DNA of 64,000 nt from Oopsacas minuta (lineage: Eukaryota; Animalia; Porifera), in contig JAKMXF010000313.1 in NCBI GenBank assembly GCA_024704765.1, forward strand, positions 1 through 64,000. The letters are read 5' to 3'. The notes beneath the pieces are model-generated. The model was not told where the DNA came from. It saw only the letters and a program-made list of their open reading frames with translations, and did not search any database. Of the stretch, positions 38,090-54,070 are shown piece by piece. Positions within the stretch are counted from its first letter, which is position 1. Each line of letters begins with the position of its first letter. The position numbers and the translations under genes were made by a program.

Positions 38090-38644
38090 TATATACTAAC
38101 AAACAGGTGAATAATTGTTCTTTATTAACATTTTCGTAGTATAGTAATTGGAACTGGTCACTTTGTACTATCATAACGTCATACAATAATGAGATAATGA
38201 TAATCAGCCGCCCGCCAGCATGCATATTATTTCGACATCATGTGGAGCTGAAACAAGTTTCTCATTAACATGGGCCTTATTGATGATATGTAAGATCCTG
38301 ATTTTGATGATGATTTGGTCTCCCGTCCTGAAGTTTCAACGCTCCGATTTGTTCTTTGTCAGATTCGAAACAGTCTTGTACCAAAAACAAGCAGAGGTTT
38401 AACGTATTGATGCAGATTTTATCTCTTAAAACTCATCTCATTTCCCCTGCTTCTTACCAGCATCTACAGGAAATATCTTGTCATAGCATTCTAATACACT
38501 AAGGCACTGGAACTGCATGTACCATGGATGGGTTAATCCGCTCAAAGGAGATTTTAGAAAATGTGTAGCATCAAAATATATCATTCTAATGTGCAACAAT
38601 GGCAGGTTCTGAATATGTTATTAACTATCTTAACCCAGTATTAC

Positions 38645-38942
38645 CTAGGGTGCGACCCGTACGGGCTTTATCGTAAATCACGGATTACGGTCCTTTTTCG
38701 ACGGGCCGAAAAAGTCAAAAGGATTAATTTTACAAATGAATGTACTTTAATTTGATTATGAAATTTACCGCATCTTATAACACGGGAATTAAATAAATTC
38801 TCACTTCTTACAGAATACCTTCACCAATTCAGCCAACGGTGTCATAAAATGAACAAATTTATTGAATCGCGGGCTGCCGAGAATACATAAACGGGCCGCG
38901 GGCTTCGATTAACGACCCATGGGCTTTACAGGTCGCACCCAG
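38645..38942. mobile_element. hAT MITE
   Basis: GGGTGCGACC...GGTCGCACCC termini; perfect TSD AGTATTAC. Confidence 0.85.
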
Positions 38943-39696
38943 AGTATTACGCAATCTAACCGCCTAGACTAGATTTAGAGAAACTAGATGTTTATTTACA
39001 ATTCTGAGGTAAATTACAAACAAATCAGCATTTCAACATTCACAAAACAACGTTAAACACCAATAAAAGCAATATCTAGTATCTTCTATTGTAATGGGTA
39101 ATGAGGTTAAGTACGCATCTAGGTAGCATAGGCGCCAATATTAATAACTAATCAGCGCCACGTAAATTAGGAAATTTCCTTCACATCTTTATTATCCTTG
39201 ATAAAGAGCCAAATGGGCGGCCTAGGATCTGGCATATCCGGGGCAGGATTTTCAAACCCCGGGAAAACTCCTATTCTAGTATAGAATCTGGCAGGGGTTG
39301 GAATTTACAAACTCAGAATAAATGCCCCGGTTTCCCCCCCATAGTACTGCCACTTAGTCAAACTCCTACATGGGGTGGTATACAACCAACCAAACCAGTA
39401 GTTGTGGCCGCCCAATATTGGTCGACAAAAGGCGCCTATGCTACGTAGTATCTTTAATGAGCTAAGTACATATCTAGTATCTTTAGTGAAGGTAAATACA
39501 CTTGAGGATAGAGTATACTTACACATCAAGCATAGAATCTTGATTGTACTGAGGTATATTGTGTAGGAATTATGTGAAGGTATTTTGAGTATCATCAAGT
39601 CAACTATAAGAAATAAGTACGAATTAGTTGCTAAATTTTTTAGACTTCGCGACTAATGCATTAAAATTCTTAACTCTCCTTGATAACGGGTGAGCA

Positions 39697-41115
39697 CATA
39701 GACTCCTTAAATAGAAGGACTAGTATCTGGCAATCTCGGATTACGGAACTTGGGTCCCACTGTATCATGACGCAACGACGTCATTGCGTAATAAACATGG
39801 CAGGTCATGGAAAGCTTTTGCTTTATCGCCGCTCCTGGCGTCACCTGACGCTGTCCGTAGCTCATGCTGCTGTATTATGTTTTTTCAGGTTTGTATTGTA
39901 GCTTTACCAGCATTTCTGGTGCTGGGGATCATCCAATTTACAACTGCATTTTAAAGGTGGTGGTGGTATTTACTTTATAATGCCTAAGAAGTGTAACGTA
40001 TTTGGATGTCGTGGAAATTACAGGTGTGAACCATACACAAAAGTAGTACAATTTCCAAGTGATGAAGATGAGCGAGATCGTTGGATTGATGCTATGCCAA
40101 ATGAACGCTCCAGTCTGTTACAACTTAAACAAATATATGCTTGTTACCATCATTTTGACTGTGAATGGGTCACAGTTAAAGGTGGTAAACGATCTAGCCA
40201 ACCTCCATCCATTTTTTCTGGTGTCCCAAAGTCCTGTTTAAAGCAAGTCTCTTCAACTCCTAGGAGTACAAGTTCTTCGGCAGAAGTACGTGACAGAAAT
40301 GAAGACCTTAGAACTAACGCTCTTGATCAAATTGGTGACTTTGATTCTTTTTGTACAGTCAACCAACAGCCTCAGCTGAAGATGATGATGACAATCTAAC
40401 TGATTCGGAGTTTCTCACTAATTTAAACAGGGGTGGACTAACTGTGCCCCTAATCTCAACTGTTCATTTCGTTCATTCAGCTTACAAACTGTTTGTTAAT
40501 TGCAATTTACACTGCTGTCGAGCTCACCTCAGCCAAGCCTTATCTCGTATTGACAGTGCAATGTCTATTATTCAAGGAGCATGTGTTACTTTGTCAAACA
40601 TACTTTTGAAGTCCTTTGTGCTTGATAATAGTGATAAAGAAAGACAACTTGGCTGTTTGAGAAGGAAGGAAAAACTCTCATCTCAAAACTAAGTTGCAGT
40701 AATATCCCTGTTCACAGTGATATCCGTGTATACATGCAATTTTTGCCTTTTGTTTGCTTTGTATACTGACCTTATTAATTCATTCGTGCTAATTTTAGCA
40801 TTTAAACTGTCATTTTGATATATAATCACAATGTATACTATTTTGACTGTTTGTCTCGTTACCCTGCATTTGATTAGAAGAATACACAAAATTTTAGATA
40901 AATTCCTGCCATTTTGAGTGTTTTAACCTTCAAATGACCTTCAGGTGACCTTTTAGATGGCCAAAAGTATAAAAAATTAATTCCTTGTCCCTCAAAACCC
41001 CATGTTAGACACCAAGATGAAGGTTTTAGCATGTGTACAACCCAAGATATGATGGGACCCAAGTTCCAGGCCCCGAGCATAGGAGATACTAGTCCTTCTA
41101 TTTAAGGAGTCTATG
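39697..41115 (+). mobile_element. THAP/P-like deletion derivative, inverted duplicate of 34937-36365
   Basis: Same TIRs and ORFs (39980-40399, 40351-40692); lacks a 10-bp tandem repeat; outer flank is not the TAAC TSD. Confidence 0.88.
39980..40399 (+). CDS. 139-aa THAP protein, duplicate copy
   Basis: Translation identical to 35653-36072. Confidence 0.7.
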   Translation: MPKKCNVFGCRGNYRCEPYTKVVQFPSDEDERDRWIDAMPNERSSLLQLKQIYACYHHFDCEWVTVKGGKRSSQPPSIFSGVPKSCLKQVSSTPRSTSSSAEVRDRNEDLRTNALDQIGDFDSFCTVNQQPQLKMMMTI

Positions 41116-41458
41116 GTTACAGTATTGATATCGTAAACCTATACATAGAAGTTCTGTGATAGCAAAGTGAGGTGAGATGATTTATATATTAAAGATAATG
41201 AATTTATATCAGGAATGCATACGTAGTATTAATTCCATTGTGGGAGAAGATCGAAATTAATTTGTATGTTTGCCAGTAAACATGGAAAGTCACCTGTATA
41301 GCTCTATTTAAATGTTGCAACTGTATTATTTTGCAGCTTGTATCATAATACAATTTGTATTCTAAACAACTTTCCTATTATTGATGGACCCTGATCAACC
41401 CTCCTTCCGACTGATCAGGACAAGTAAGGGAGGAGAGAAGTTACTAGAAGGAGGCTGC

Positions 41459-43955
41459 TAGGGATGGTAACCGATTAGTAAATATTCGATTATTTAATCG
41501 ATTATTGAATTTATACTTATTATCGATAACCGATTATTCTACTTCGATTAATCGGTTATTTTCAAAATTTCACCTTTTGGTCAACAATAAAGTTTCTATT
41601 GGAATTATTATTAAAAAACCACACAATTGTCATTCTATGTATTCTTGAATTATGTTTTAACGGCTAGAGACCTAATTGCTAGATATAGTAGTTTATAGGC
41701 ATACGGCGATACGCATATTTATATGTATAATTATCTGTAAACGCATTTGTTACAGCATAATTTTGAATATTCTAGCTTTTCTATAAATCGTTACTTCTAT
41801 ACTTACAATACTGTACGGTATTATGGCTAAAAGGTCTGAGGTGTGGAAACATTTCGAGAAACATGGGGAAGAAGCCAAATGCCTTATTTGTAAGAAGAAT
41901 GTAAGTTGTAAAGGCAGTACAACTACTGGGTTAAGAAATCATCTTTTGATACATAACATCCAATTGGGCCTGAATCACATTTCTGACAACGAACCCCCTT
42001 CGAAGAAACATAGTACTCAAAGTTTGTTACCATTATTTTCCAAAAAACAAAGTTTGGATGAGGTAATTGCTAGGTTAGCTGCTGAGGATTGTTTCAGTTA
42101 TCTGAAAATCAGCCAAAGTAAATTTATCCGTTCTTCGTTACAAGAAAAGGGTTTCACCCCAATTCCAGACCATTCTACAGTTTCAAGAATGGTTTTGAGG
42201 TATGCAAATCATGTTAAGGGAGTGATCACTTCTCAGTTACAGTTTTTACTTGCTAATGGAAAAAGGATGAGCGTGTACTTGGACGAATATACTTCTATCC
42301 AAAATAAACGGTATATGAATGTCAATATACATAGCATCAATAACTTTTGGAACCCTGGAATGAAGCGTATTTATGGAAAGATGCCAGCTGAGAAGGTTCT
42401 TGAGCTTTTGGAAAGGATATTGATTGAATTCTATATTGAGTTGCAGAAGCATATTGTTAGCATCACCTGTGATGGAGCCCCTGTCATGGTGAAGATGGGA
42501 AGACCAAGTAATATTCATCAGCAACTTTGTTTGGCTCACGGGGTACATTTAGCAGTAGTTGCAGTATTATACTCCAAGAATAGGATTCCTATTTATGATG
42601 AAGGAACGGACGAAGAGCCAATTGGCACATCTCAAATTCAGTCGACTATCTCTGACTCATATAATGATGCCCTTGGTGGTGCAGAAGATACTGAGGGTGA
42701 ATCAATTTTCTCAGATGAAGATGACGGTGAAATTGATGAAGACATGTTTATCCCGCCTTTGAAAATAAATATAGAAACTGTTATCGTTAAGTTTCGAAAT
42801 ATCGTTCGTATATTTAGGAAGCCCCATTAAAAAATGAAGTACTTCAGTCGTACATAAAGGAAGATTTAGGAAAAACTTCAAATCTAGTCATGGAGTGCAA
42901 AACTAGGTGGAATAGCTTAATTAGTATGATTAATCGATTGTTACCTGTAAGAAAACCACTATGCAAAGCAATGATCGACATCAATTTAAACATGGAAGTT
43001 TGTGAACTTGATTGGCAAGAGTTGGAAAACATTTGCAGTTGTTTAAAACCCATCGAAATGGGAATATCTGCTCTATGCCAGCGTGACGCAAATTTACTCA
43101 GTGCAGAAGGGATATTCTATTTTATGTTCCAGAAACTTGAAATGGTTGGTTCAGAGTTCTCCTTACAATTATTGCAGAACCTAAGACAAAGATTTAACGA
43201 GAGGCGGCAGTCTAATCTTATCAATGTTATGAAATATTTATTGAATCCTAATTCGATAAGGGAGGATCCGTGTATTAAAAGAAAAGAAGTGCAAAAGACA
43301 ATGAAAATGATCCTTTCACAATTGTATTCACAGTATGGAACTGAACAATTCGATAGTGTAATTTTAAATTCTCAGGAGACTTCGGAAGACATTGGAGACG
43401 TTGAAATACGTAGCTCTCCGATATTACTTGCTGACCAATTAAAAAGAGCAATACAAAATTCCACAACTCATGTAAGAACCCCGAAAGAAGATATTGGATT
43501 TCTATCTCTGATAAAGGAAATGGCCTTATTTGAAGCCACTGGAGACAAATCCCAAATATTTCTTCTATAGAGGAAGTACTGAATACAATTCCTCCGACAA
43601 GCGTTGAGGCAGAACGTGCTTTCTCAGCAGCAGGACTTTTTGTGACGAAGTTGAGATCACGGTTGAGTGAAAACTCGGTTGATAGCTTAATGATCTTAAA
43701 GTCATATTTCAAGAAGCAAGAGATAAAGTAACAATAAATTATTAGATTTTAGGATTTCTTCATTATTAGTCATTAGCTCATTATTATATCTAATTTGATT
43801 TCATTTGATAAATTAAAATACAGGAGAGTACTAGCAATTAAAGGCAGAATATAATGATAATTGAGTTTAACCGATTATAACCGATTAATCGGTTACTTTG
43901 CGGATTAACTATTCGATAACCAATTATTTTAAAATGATGTTCGTTCAACATCACT
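41459..43955 (+). mobile_element. BED-finger hAT, inverted duplicate of 32097-34593
   Basis: Same ORFs (41823-42830, 42890-43570) with the same lesions; ends CATCACT|T, without the terminal A or the outer TSD. Confidence 0.92.
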
Positions 43956-44123
43956 TTTATACACCCGTTATTAACATTCTTAATTTACCTACTCATATTT
44001 GTATTGTATTTTCTACCATAGTATATTCATAATAATACGTATTTTACTTTTCAATATCATTTCTAAATTATTGAACATAAAAATATCATATCTGACCCAA
44101 TATACATATTGAACAATCGCCTT

Positions 44124-44776
44124 GGTGACGCTGCATTTGTCAGAATTTTGAGTTCTGGCCTTGTCAGAATGGTCTTATCGAGTTTGGATTTTGTTAGAAT
44201 AGTTTTTATCGAGTTTTGACTTTGTCAGAATGGTTTTTACTGTGCTTTGATTTGTGAGAATCAATTTTGTATTTTGATTTAAAGCTAGGATGGAATCATG
44301 ACAGGATATTTCTTGGATTGGCTATCAATTTGGTTATATCAGTAGTTGATCGGGGATTTGAACACGAACTAAATGGTGATCGAATGTTTTTCTTCTATTA
44401 GTTATATCAAGGTCTGGAGTATGAGATATGATGCTTTAAATGAATGAAAAGAAGAAGACAGGGTTTTTAACTGTCATTAGTGTTGTTGGAACCGACTGTA
44501 ATTGTGTCTAGGTGTTTCTATCTTTGGAGAATTTGAGATCAGGTATTTTTTCCGAATTGTTACTCGGTTCTAACAGTGTTTCTTTGTTTTCTAAGAAACT
44601 ATCTTTTTCAAAACAATAACAACTAAATCGTGTCGAAACATGATGCTAAAATTACTTCTCCCAAATCGGAGCACAATACACTCGATAAAAACCATTTTGA
44701 CAAAGTCAAATTTCGATAAATACTATTCTGACGAAGTCAGAACTCGATAAAAACCATTCTGACAAACGCAGGCACC
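44124..44776. mobile_element. MITE with tandem subterminal repeats
   Basis: GGTG..CTGC.TTTGTCAGAAT terminus and its reverse complement; repeated TTGTCAGAATGGTTTTTATCGAG motifs in inverted orientation at the two ends. Confidence 0.75.
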
Positions 44777-44932
44777 CCATAGCCTTCCTTAATCCATAGT
44801 CCAAGTTCACAAAGTTGGTGCATAGGCCTTATTAGTAGGTCACGGCTCTGTATATTCATTGCTAGCAAAATCCCAAAAACTTGCATAAGCCATGGAAACT
44901 GTCAACAGACAGATCGAGCAAATTTTCCTTTA

Positions 44933-48467
<3,535 letters not shown>

Positions 48468-49029
48468 TTAGTTAAATTCAGTATACTTCGGATTTTTGAC
48501 GGCAGTTTTAGCGACAAATCGCTGGTACCGACACTTTTCTCTGGCCCACAAACCCAAGCAGTATTTTCTACGCACCATATTTTGTGTATAACAACATGTT
48601 AGATAATTACACTTCGAATATATCGACAATTTTTCCATGCTTGATGCATCCCAATCACATCGGATATTACGATTCTGGCGCATTTTATACTGAGTAATGC
48701 AGAAATGGTTTCTGTGTATATGCAGGAACGCTTAGCAAAATTAGTATAATTAGTGAATAATTGGGTTTTGAATGATCTAAGTATACTGCATACACCATTA
48801 AACTGCCCTTGTTTTGGGCCATACAGATGCCCTATAGCCAACATGGAAAACGCATTTAAATATAGTCATTTTGTACAATGTAATTTGAATATTTTCTAAA
48901 CCTACTACTACATTTCATCGTTTAGATTCGAGCTGAGTTGGCAAACTAAAGCGACAAGTATTGAGTAATTTATATTACATTTTACATGTTTTCGTGTTCG
49001 CAAGAGAGTTGTGCCATATTAAAATGAAT

Positions 49030-50560
49030 GTATTTGGAGTCCATCAAGGTACATAATAGACATTTGGAGCAACTTCGGATTTAGCTACACATCGTATATA
49101 ACGTCCTGTTTGACTTGCACAAATGAGTTCGTTAAGTCCGAAGTTTACTGTAGTAAGATTCGCATCGGAAATTACTTGAGTTGTAAAATGATTAGTAATC
49201 CAGTTATTTGTCAAATCTTTTTGATTTATTTCAGGAAAATATTTCAGGAAACTATTTGCAAGTGTTCTTAAATGATTGATAATTATTGCCATTACTGTCC
49301 CTGCAAGAAATATTTTCATTGATATAGTCGCTGGGCGAATCAAAAGATGTAATATCTCCTTTTTCAATTTGAGTAATCTAAAACAATACTTTCCTTTAAA
49401 AGCCTTTCACCTTGTCATGTGCCATATAAATATAAATATCAAAGCCCAACCAGTGTTTCCTACAAGATTTTTGGAAAGCGCTCATTTTGGGGATTGAGTG
49501 GGGGCCTCTGTCGCTCATACACGTATTAAGCCCTATGCATAGTGTCCTCATTTTAACGCAGATAGATATCCTAAGCGAATCAACCAATGGGGAAAGCGCG
49601 TTAATTTGCGCGCTTAACCCGATTTGGGGGAAACGCTGTTTGTAACTGTAAGTTAAGCTCGTTGATTTTAGTGAATATTTCAGCCAGATAGGACAATTGA
49701 CAAATCCAGTTTTTTGTCAGAAAAATTATTTACAAATCAGATTTCATATCTGAGAGAAAATTACATACTTCGTGTCTCATTTCAAAAAGTCGTGTCAAGA
49801 CTCGTCCTCTCGAAAATCATCTGACCTCAGTATGTGATAATAATTGCGCGTCATTTGACCCTATTCCTTCACACATTATTTTAAATAGATCTGAATTTCA
49901 TATAATTGACTATCTTAACAGCATCATCCAAATCTTTTGTAATTCTGGGGTTATTTTCTTGCTTGTTAAAGCTTGTTTGTGAATCATGCAATGTTGTCAT
50001 TTTAAATTTAATTTAATGACCTAAGGCGGAAAATGAAACCATTAGTATGCCCTGTCATTGAGGCATCTCAATCTGAAGATATACTGATGCACCATTCTCA
50101 TTTTCAACCACAATGAACTCTAATGTGGCCATCGAGTACTTCAAATATTTTGTCCCAGTTGTTTTTCCAAGTAAATTTGTACATGCTAAGTTTTGATCAT
50201 TAATACCTGCATCATAGTAACGAACGTACCTTAGTAAATGAGCCTGATTTGAGATATCAGTCGATTCATCAAGTTGCAAAACGTTATCCTGTTTTATCTT
50301 CTCTAAAATTGTCGTGCGGTATCACACGTCATTTCTTCAATTATACGAGCCATCGTTGTATCAGAAAATGTTGTCAACTTGATGACATTGACAGCTGTAG
50401 CACTAAGCATGTTTTCCAGCTATTATCAAAGCACATGGAATTATTAGAGTCTTTGTGGTTGAATAGTCTTTCTTGACCCTAGCTGTGAGAAGTGCAAATT
50501 CTTATCATGTTTTTGTGCTATCTTTGTTGGCTGTGAAATTGATGTATAAATTTTCCTTAT
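49030..50560 (-). pseudogene. Highly degenerate Buster/ZBED5-like hAT transposase
   Basis: LQLDESTDISNQAHLLRYVRY (50055-50279) and WITNHF further downstream; many stops; termini not identified and bounds approximate. Confidence 0.6.
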
Positions 50561-50854
50561 AGTAAAAGTCGACGGAGGATGCGCACTAAATCCAAATAGG
50601 CCGATTTTACTGTATCAACGCTCTCCAAAATTGTGGATCTTAATGTTCTAAGTTAGAAAATGGCTGAAAAACTTCTGTTTTACGAGTTACAAATTTCGAA
50701 TCCCAAGAAAGAAAATAACCCAAACAGAATATTTGGATTCATTATCACTTGACATAATAGCCCTTCATCCTGAAATATCTGATCATGATGACAAGATTAC
50801 CTCTTTGAAATTACAAGTTCGGAGTAGACCTACACCAGGTGATCATTTGATTTA

Positions 50855-52190
50855 CAGGGTGTTTCACAATTGATGTCATATTTTCTAAATTTGTTTATTA
50901 TGCACCTATGCAATAATATCTGTGTATTTAAACTTGCAATCATAATTAATCTTACAGGGTTCTATTGAGTAATTATTTCATTCATCAATCGAAACATTTT
51001 ATAGCTTCTATTTCCATATCCAAATTGGGCTAATTATTTGCATAATATAATGGTGAAAGAATACAGTATCATGATTCGCTCACAGGCTGTTGGCATGCTA
51101 CAAGCTGGCTCTTCTCAGAAGTTTGTGTCTCTTAAACTTGGAGTTAATATCCGTACAGTTCAGCGTTGGTGGCGACTTATCAAGAATGATTTGACATTAG
51201 AAAACAAAGGGGGACGTGGCCGTAAATCGTCCATATCGAAAGTTGCCAAGATTGTAATTACTAAATCAATTGGCAAAAAACGACAGTCTGTCCATGGTCT
51301 ATCCAAGAAATTAAAGTTGAAAGGTCATTCCGTATCTCAGAGTACAGTGTACCGTTATTTGACAAAAGAAAAGGGCGTAAAATCTTACAAACGCCAGCGA
51401 CAGCCGTTAATAACAGAGAAAAACATGGCTGCTAGGTTAAAATTTTGTAAAGAACGTGTCAATTGGACAGCAAATGATTGGAAAACATATTATTTACAGA
51501 TGAATCACCGTTTGAGTTAAATCATCCCCCAAACAGGAAAAATGATTGTGTTTGGGCGAGAAACGCATTGGATGTCGAGCCCGTTCAGATGGTGAAATTT
51601 CCAAAGAAAATTCAAGTATGGGGTATGATGTCACATCGTGCACTGTCGGAGTTACATTTCATTCCCGTTGGACAAACTGTATCTGCAGAGTACTATGTTA
51701 GTGAGATACTGGGTAAAACTTTAATGTCTACAATGAACAGAAAGCGAGAAAGAGGCACAGTTGTTGAGAGGAAAATGTTAAAAAAATATGTCCCGTGCGA
51801 TATTTCAACAAGATGGCGCTCCAGCTCACACGGCAAACATGACACAAAATTGGTTGAGAAGTAACCTAAAGAGTTTTTGGGCGAAAGGTACCTGGCCAGC
51901 CAACTCTCCAGACTTGAGTCCCATTGAGAACATATGGTCGATTTTGAAAGATGATCTAGATTCAATAGGTGAGATAAAAGAGATAAAAATGTTGGAAAAT
52001 CGACTGAAAACAGCATGGTCCAATATTTCACCAGAGGTTTTGGACAAATTGATGGATGGAATGCCAAAACGAATCCATAAGTGTATTGAACTTAGTGGTG
52101 GATATATTGGCAAATAATTGTAGTAATATATCTAGTATTCTATTAGTTATGTAATATTGTATAACACGACATCAATTGTGAAACACCCTG
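50855..52190 (+). mobile_element. DD37E Tc1-like element with a frameshifted transposase
   Basis: 23-bp TIR CAGGGTGTTTCACAATTGATGTC and TA TSD; GRGRK linker, LFTDES, VWGMMS, FQQDGAPAH..WPANSPDLSPIENIW, with 37 residues counted between D and E. Confidence 0.92.
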
Positions 52191-52399
52191 TATACCCAAT
52201 AGTATTTTGATCACTAATTTTAGTATAAAATTAATCAGAGATATCGTAACTAAGAAGAGTAGCATTTTCTAAGAATTTAATAGTACATGATGCCCTCTAC
52301 AACGATATATTTCTCTGTTCGGATAGGTGTGTCCATTATATTGATCTGTATATTTGAGTTGAACTCATTGTGTATGTACTAAAAATTATGTTATTTAGG

Positions 52400-54070
52400 C
52401 ATTCTGACGACGATAGAGCATTATTCTTAGAAATCCTTGTGATAGAGCAATATGTACAAAATCCTGGTTGAAGAAATCAAAATATGGAAATTATCTGATA
52501 CAAACCTCGTTCCAATAGCAGACTCTCAAAATATTGAAGGTAAGAATCAATTTAGGTTCCTTTTATACAGTATATGTGTACTACATACAGTACTGAAAAT
52601 AATATCCCATTGTTATATTAGGGAAGATCAGGCTAAAGAAGAAACTCATAGTTGTTGATTTCCATAAACAGTATTGTACATATTGTACTATTAGAGAATG
52701 CTTACATTTTCAAGCAACAGTTACATCTGCACAATATCAATATTACTCAGTTTGCGAACTACGTAATATAAAAGATTGCATCTATTTATCCTAAAATGCC
52801 AAAAGGATTTTTCTGATTTGCAAAACTGAGTACCATTGTTATTATTACAAAGAAAGAAAATGGTACTATGATACTTGTACTAGTATTTGCGAAAAGGATA
52901 CTGAATTTCAATCCATTTTGGTAAATTTGGATCAACCAACAAGTACAAAGAGTACACCTAACTATTCTGCAGTCTCCACAATCTCGATTCCATTAAGTCT
53001 AGATCACACTTTAAACAAAGTACAGTGATCAACTTTTTCGAGGAATATCATTACCCTCAAATTTGATTCCAGAAATTGACATTTGCCTGAATGGAGATGG
53101 AACGAATGAGACGAGAACATAAATACCAATAGCATATTATACAACATGCTTGGAATGCATATTGAGAATGGTCAACATTGATTACACAGATTATTTTATT
53201 TACCCGAAATGTTTGGATAATCCAGACGTAATAATAATGGATGGAATAACGATGAGGACATGTAAAGAATCACCTCAAGCTCATTTCCAATTTGATGACG
53301 ATCAACAGCATCCTCAGATACCACAAAGTGCAAGGTTATTTATTGCGACTACTAAGTTAAGGAAACAGTTACAAACTGTGCACAATCTTCCAACACGCAG
53401 TCTTGTTGAAGTAGAACCTATGTCTCAAGACTTCTTCACTTATTTTCCAGCTTTCAAAAAGAATTACAAGTGAGTGATATCAAAAATTGCATAATAATTT
53501 GTATTAATCAACAGCTAGACTTTGACAAATGTGCTATTTTGATATCACTTCTACATAATCTAAATACATACTAAGCAAGATTAATAGTATTGACAAAAGG
53601 ATTAGTGCATGTATGGTAGCGGAAAATAGGAACAGCCTTTTAATGTGTGGCAGTCCCACACATGGTTAATGATACCATTTACTGCATAATGGACATTGTA
53701 TCATGTTGTTGAACGCGTATGATGGAAGTCTGGAAACGCACCAAGAACTATTTTATTGTTGGTCCCTTGAGCTGTAATTTTGGGCTTTTTGATATGATAA
53801 TTGGAAATGGTTTAACGATTTCTGTGTACGAAATATACCACTCAAATGATTCCGCATTCTCCCTTAATGAATCTTAGATTGAATGGGTCCCTGCTGATTT
53901 GCCAATGCTATTAGAAATGCAATAGCAAATAACTCACTATCTGCACCTCCATCTGCTGTTGTACTGGCTGTAGGGTGATTTACAGGTCGGTTAATTCTTG
54001 TCAATATAATAGAGCCAGTTGTGTGCCTAATCCTTCTGTTGTATGATCTGACAACATGGAATCGTACACC
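52400..54070 (+). pseudogene. Degenerate CxC/KDZ-like (HMGXB3-related) coding relic
   Basis: Cys/His-rich fragments and WNA(Y/I)LRMVNIDY..F.YPKCLDNPDVIIMDGITM, resembling the C..C...P..hhhDG motif of CxC/KDZ proteins; fragmented, bounds approximate. Confidence 0.4.

Noticed and set aside
36367-39695. Host gene or decayed palindrome in the spacer of the inverted duplication
   Set aside because: Only MITEs and short ORFs without motifs are present, and I saw no extended inverted similarity beyond the breakpoints.
32340-43712. Antisense and alternative-frame ORFs (for example 32340-32777, 33504-33806, 34972-35178, 35163-35363 and their duplicates)
   Set aside because: They are shadows of transposase frames or chance ORFs; their identity between copies only reflects the recent duplication.
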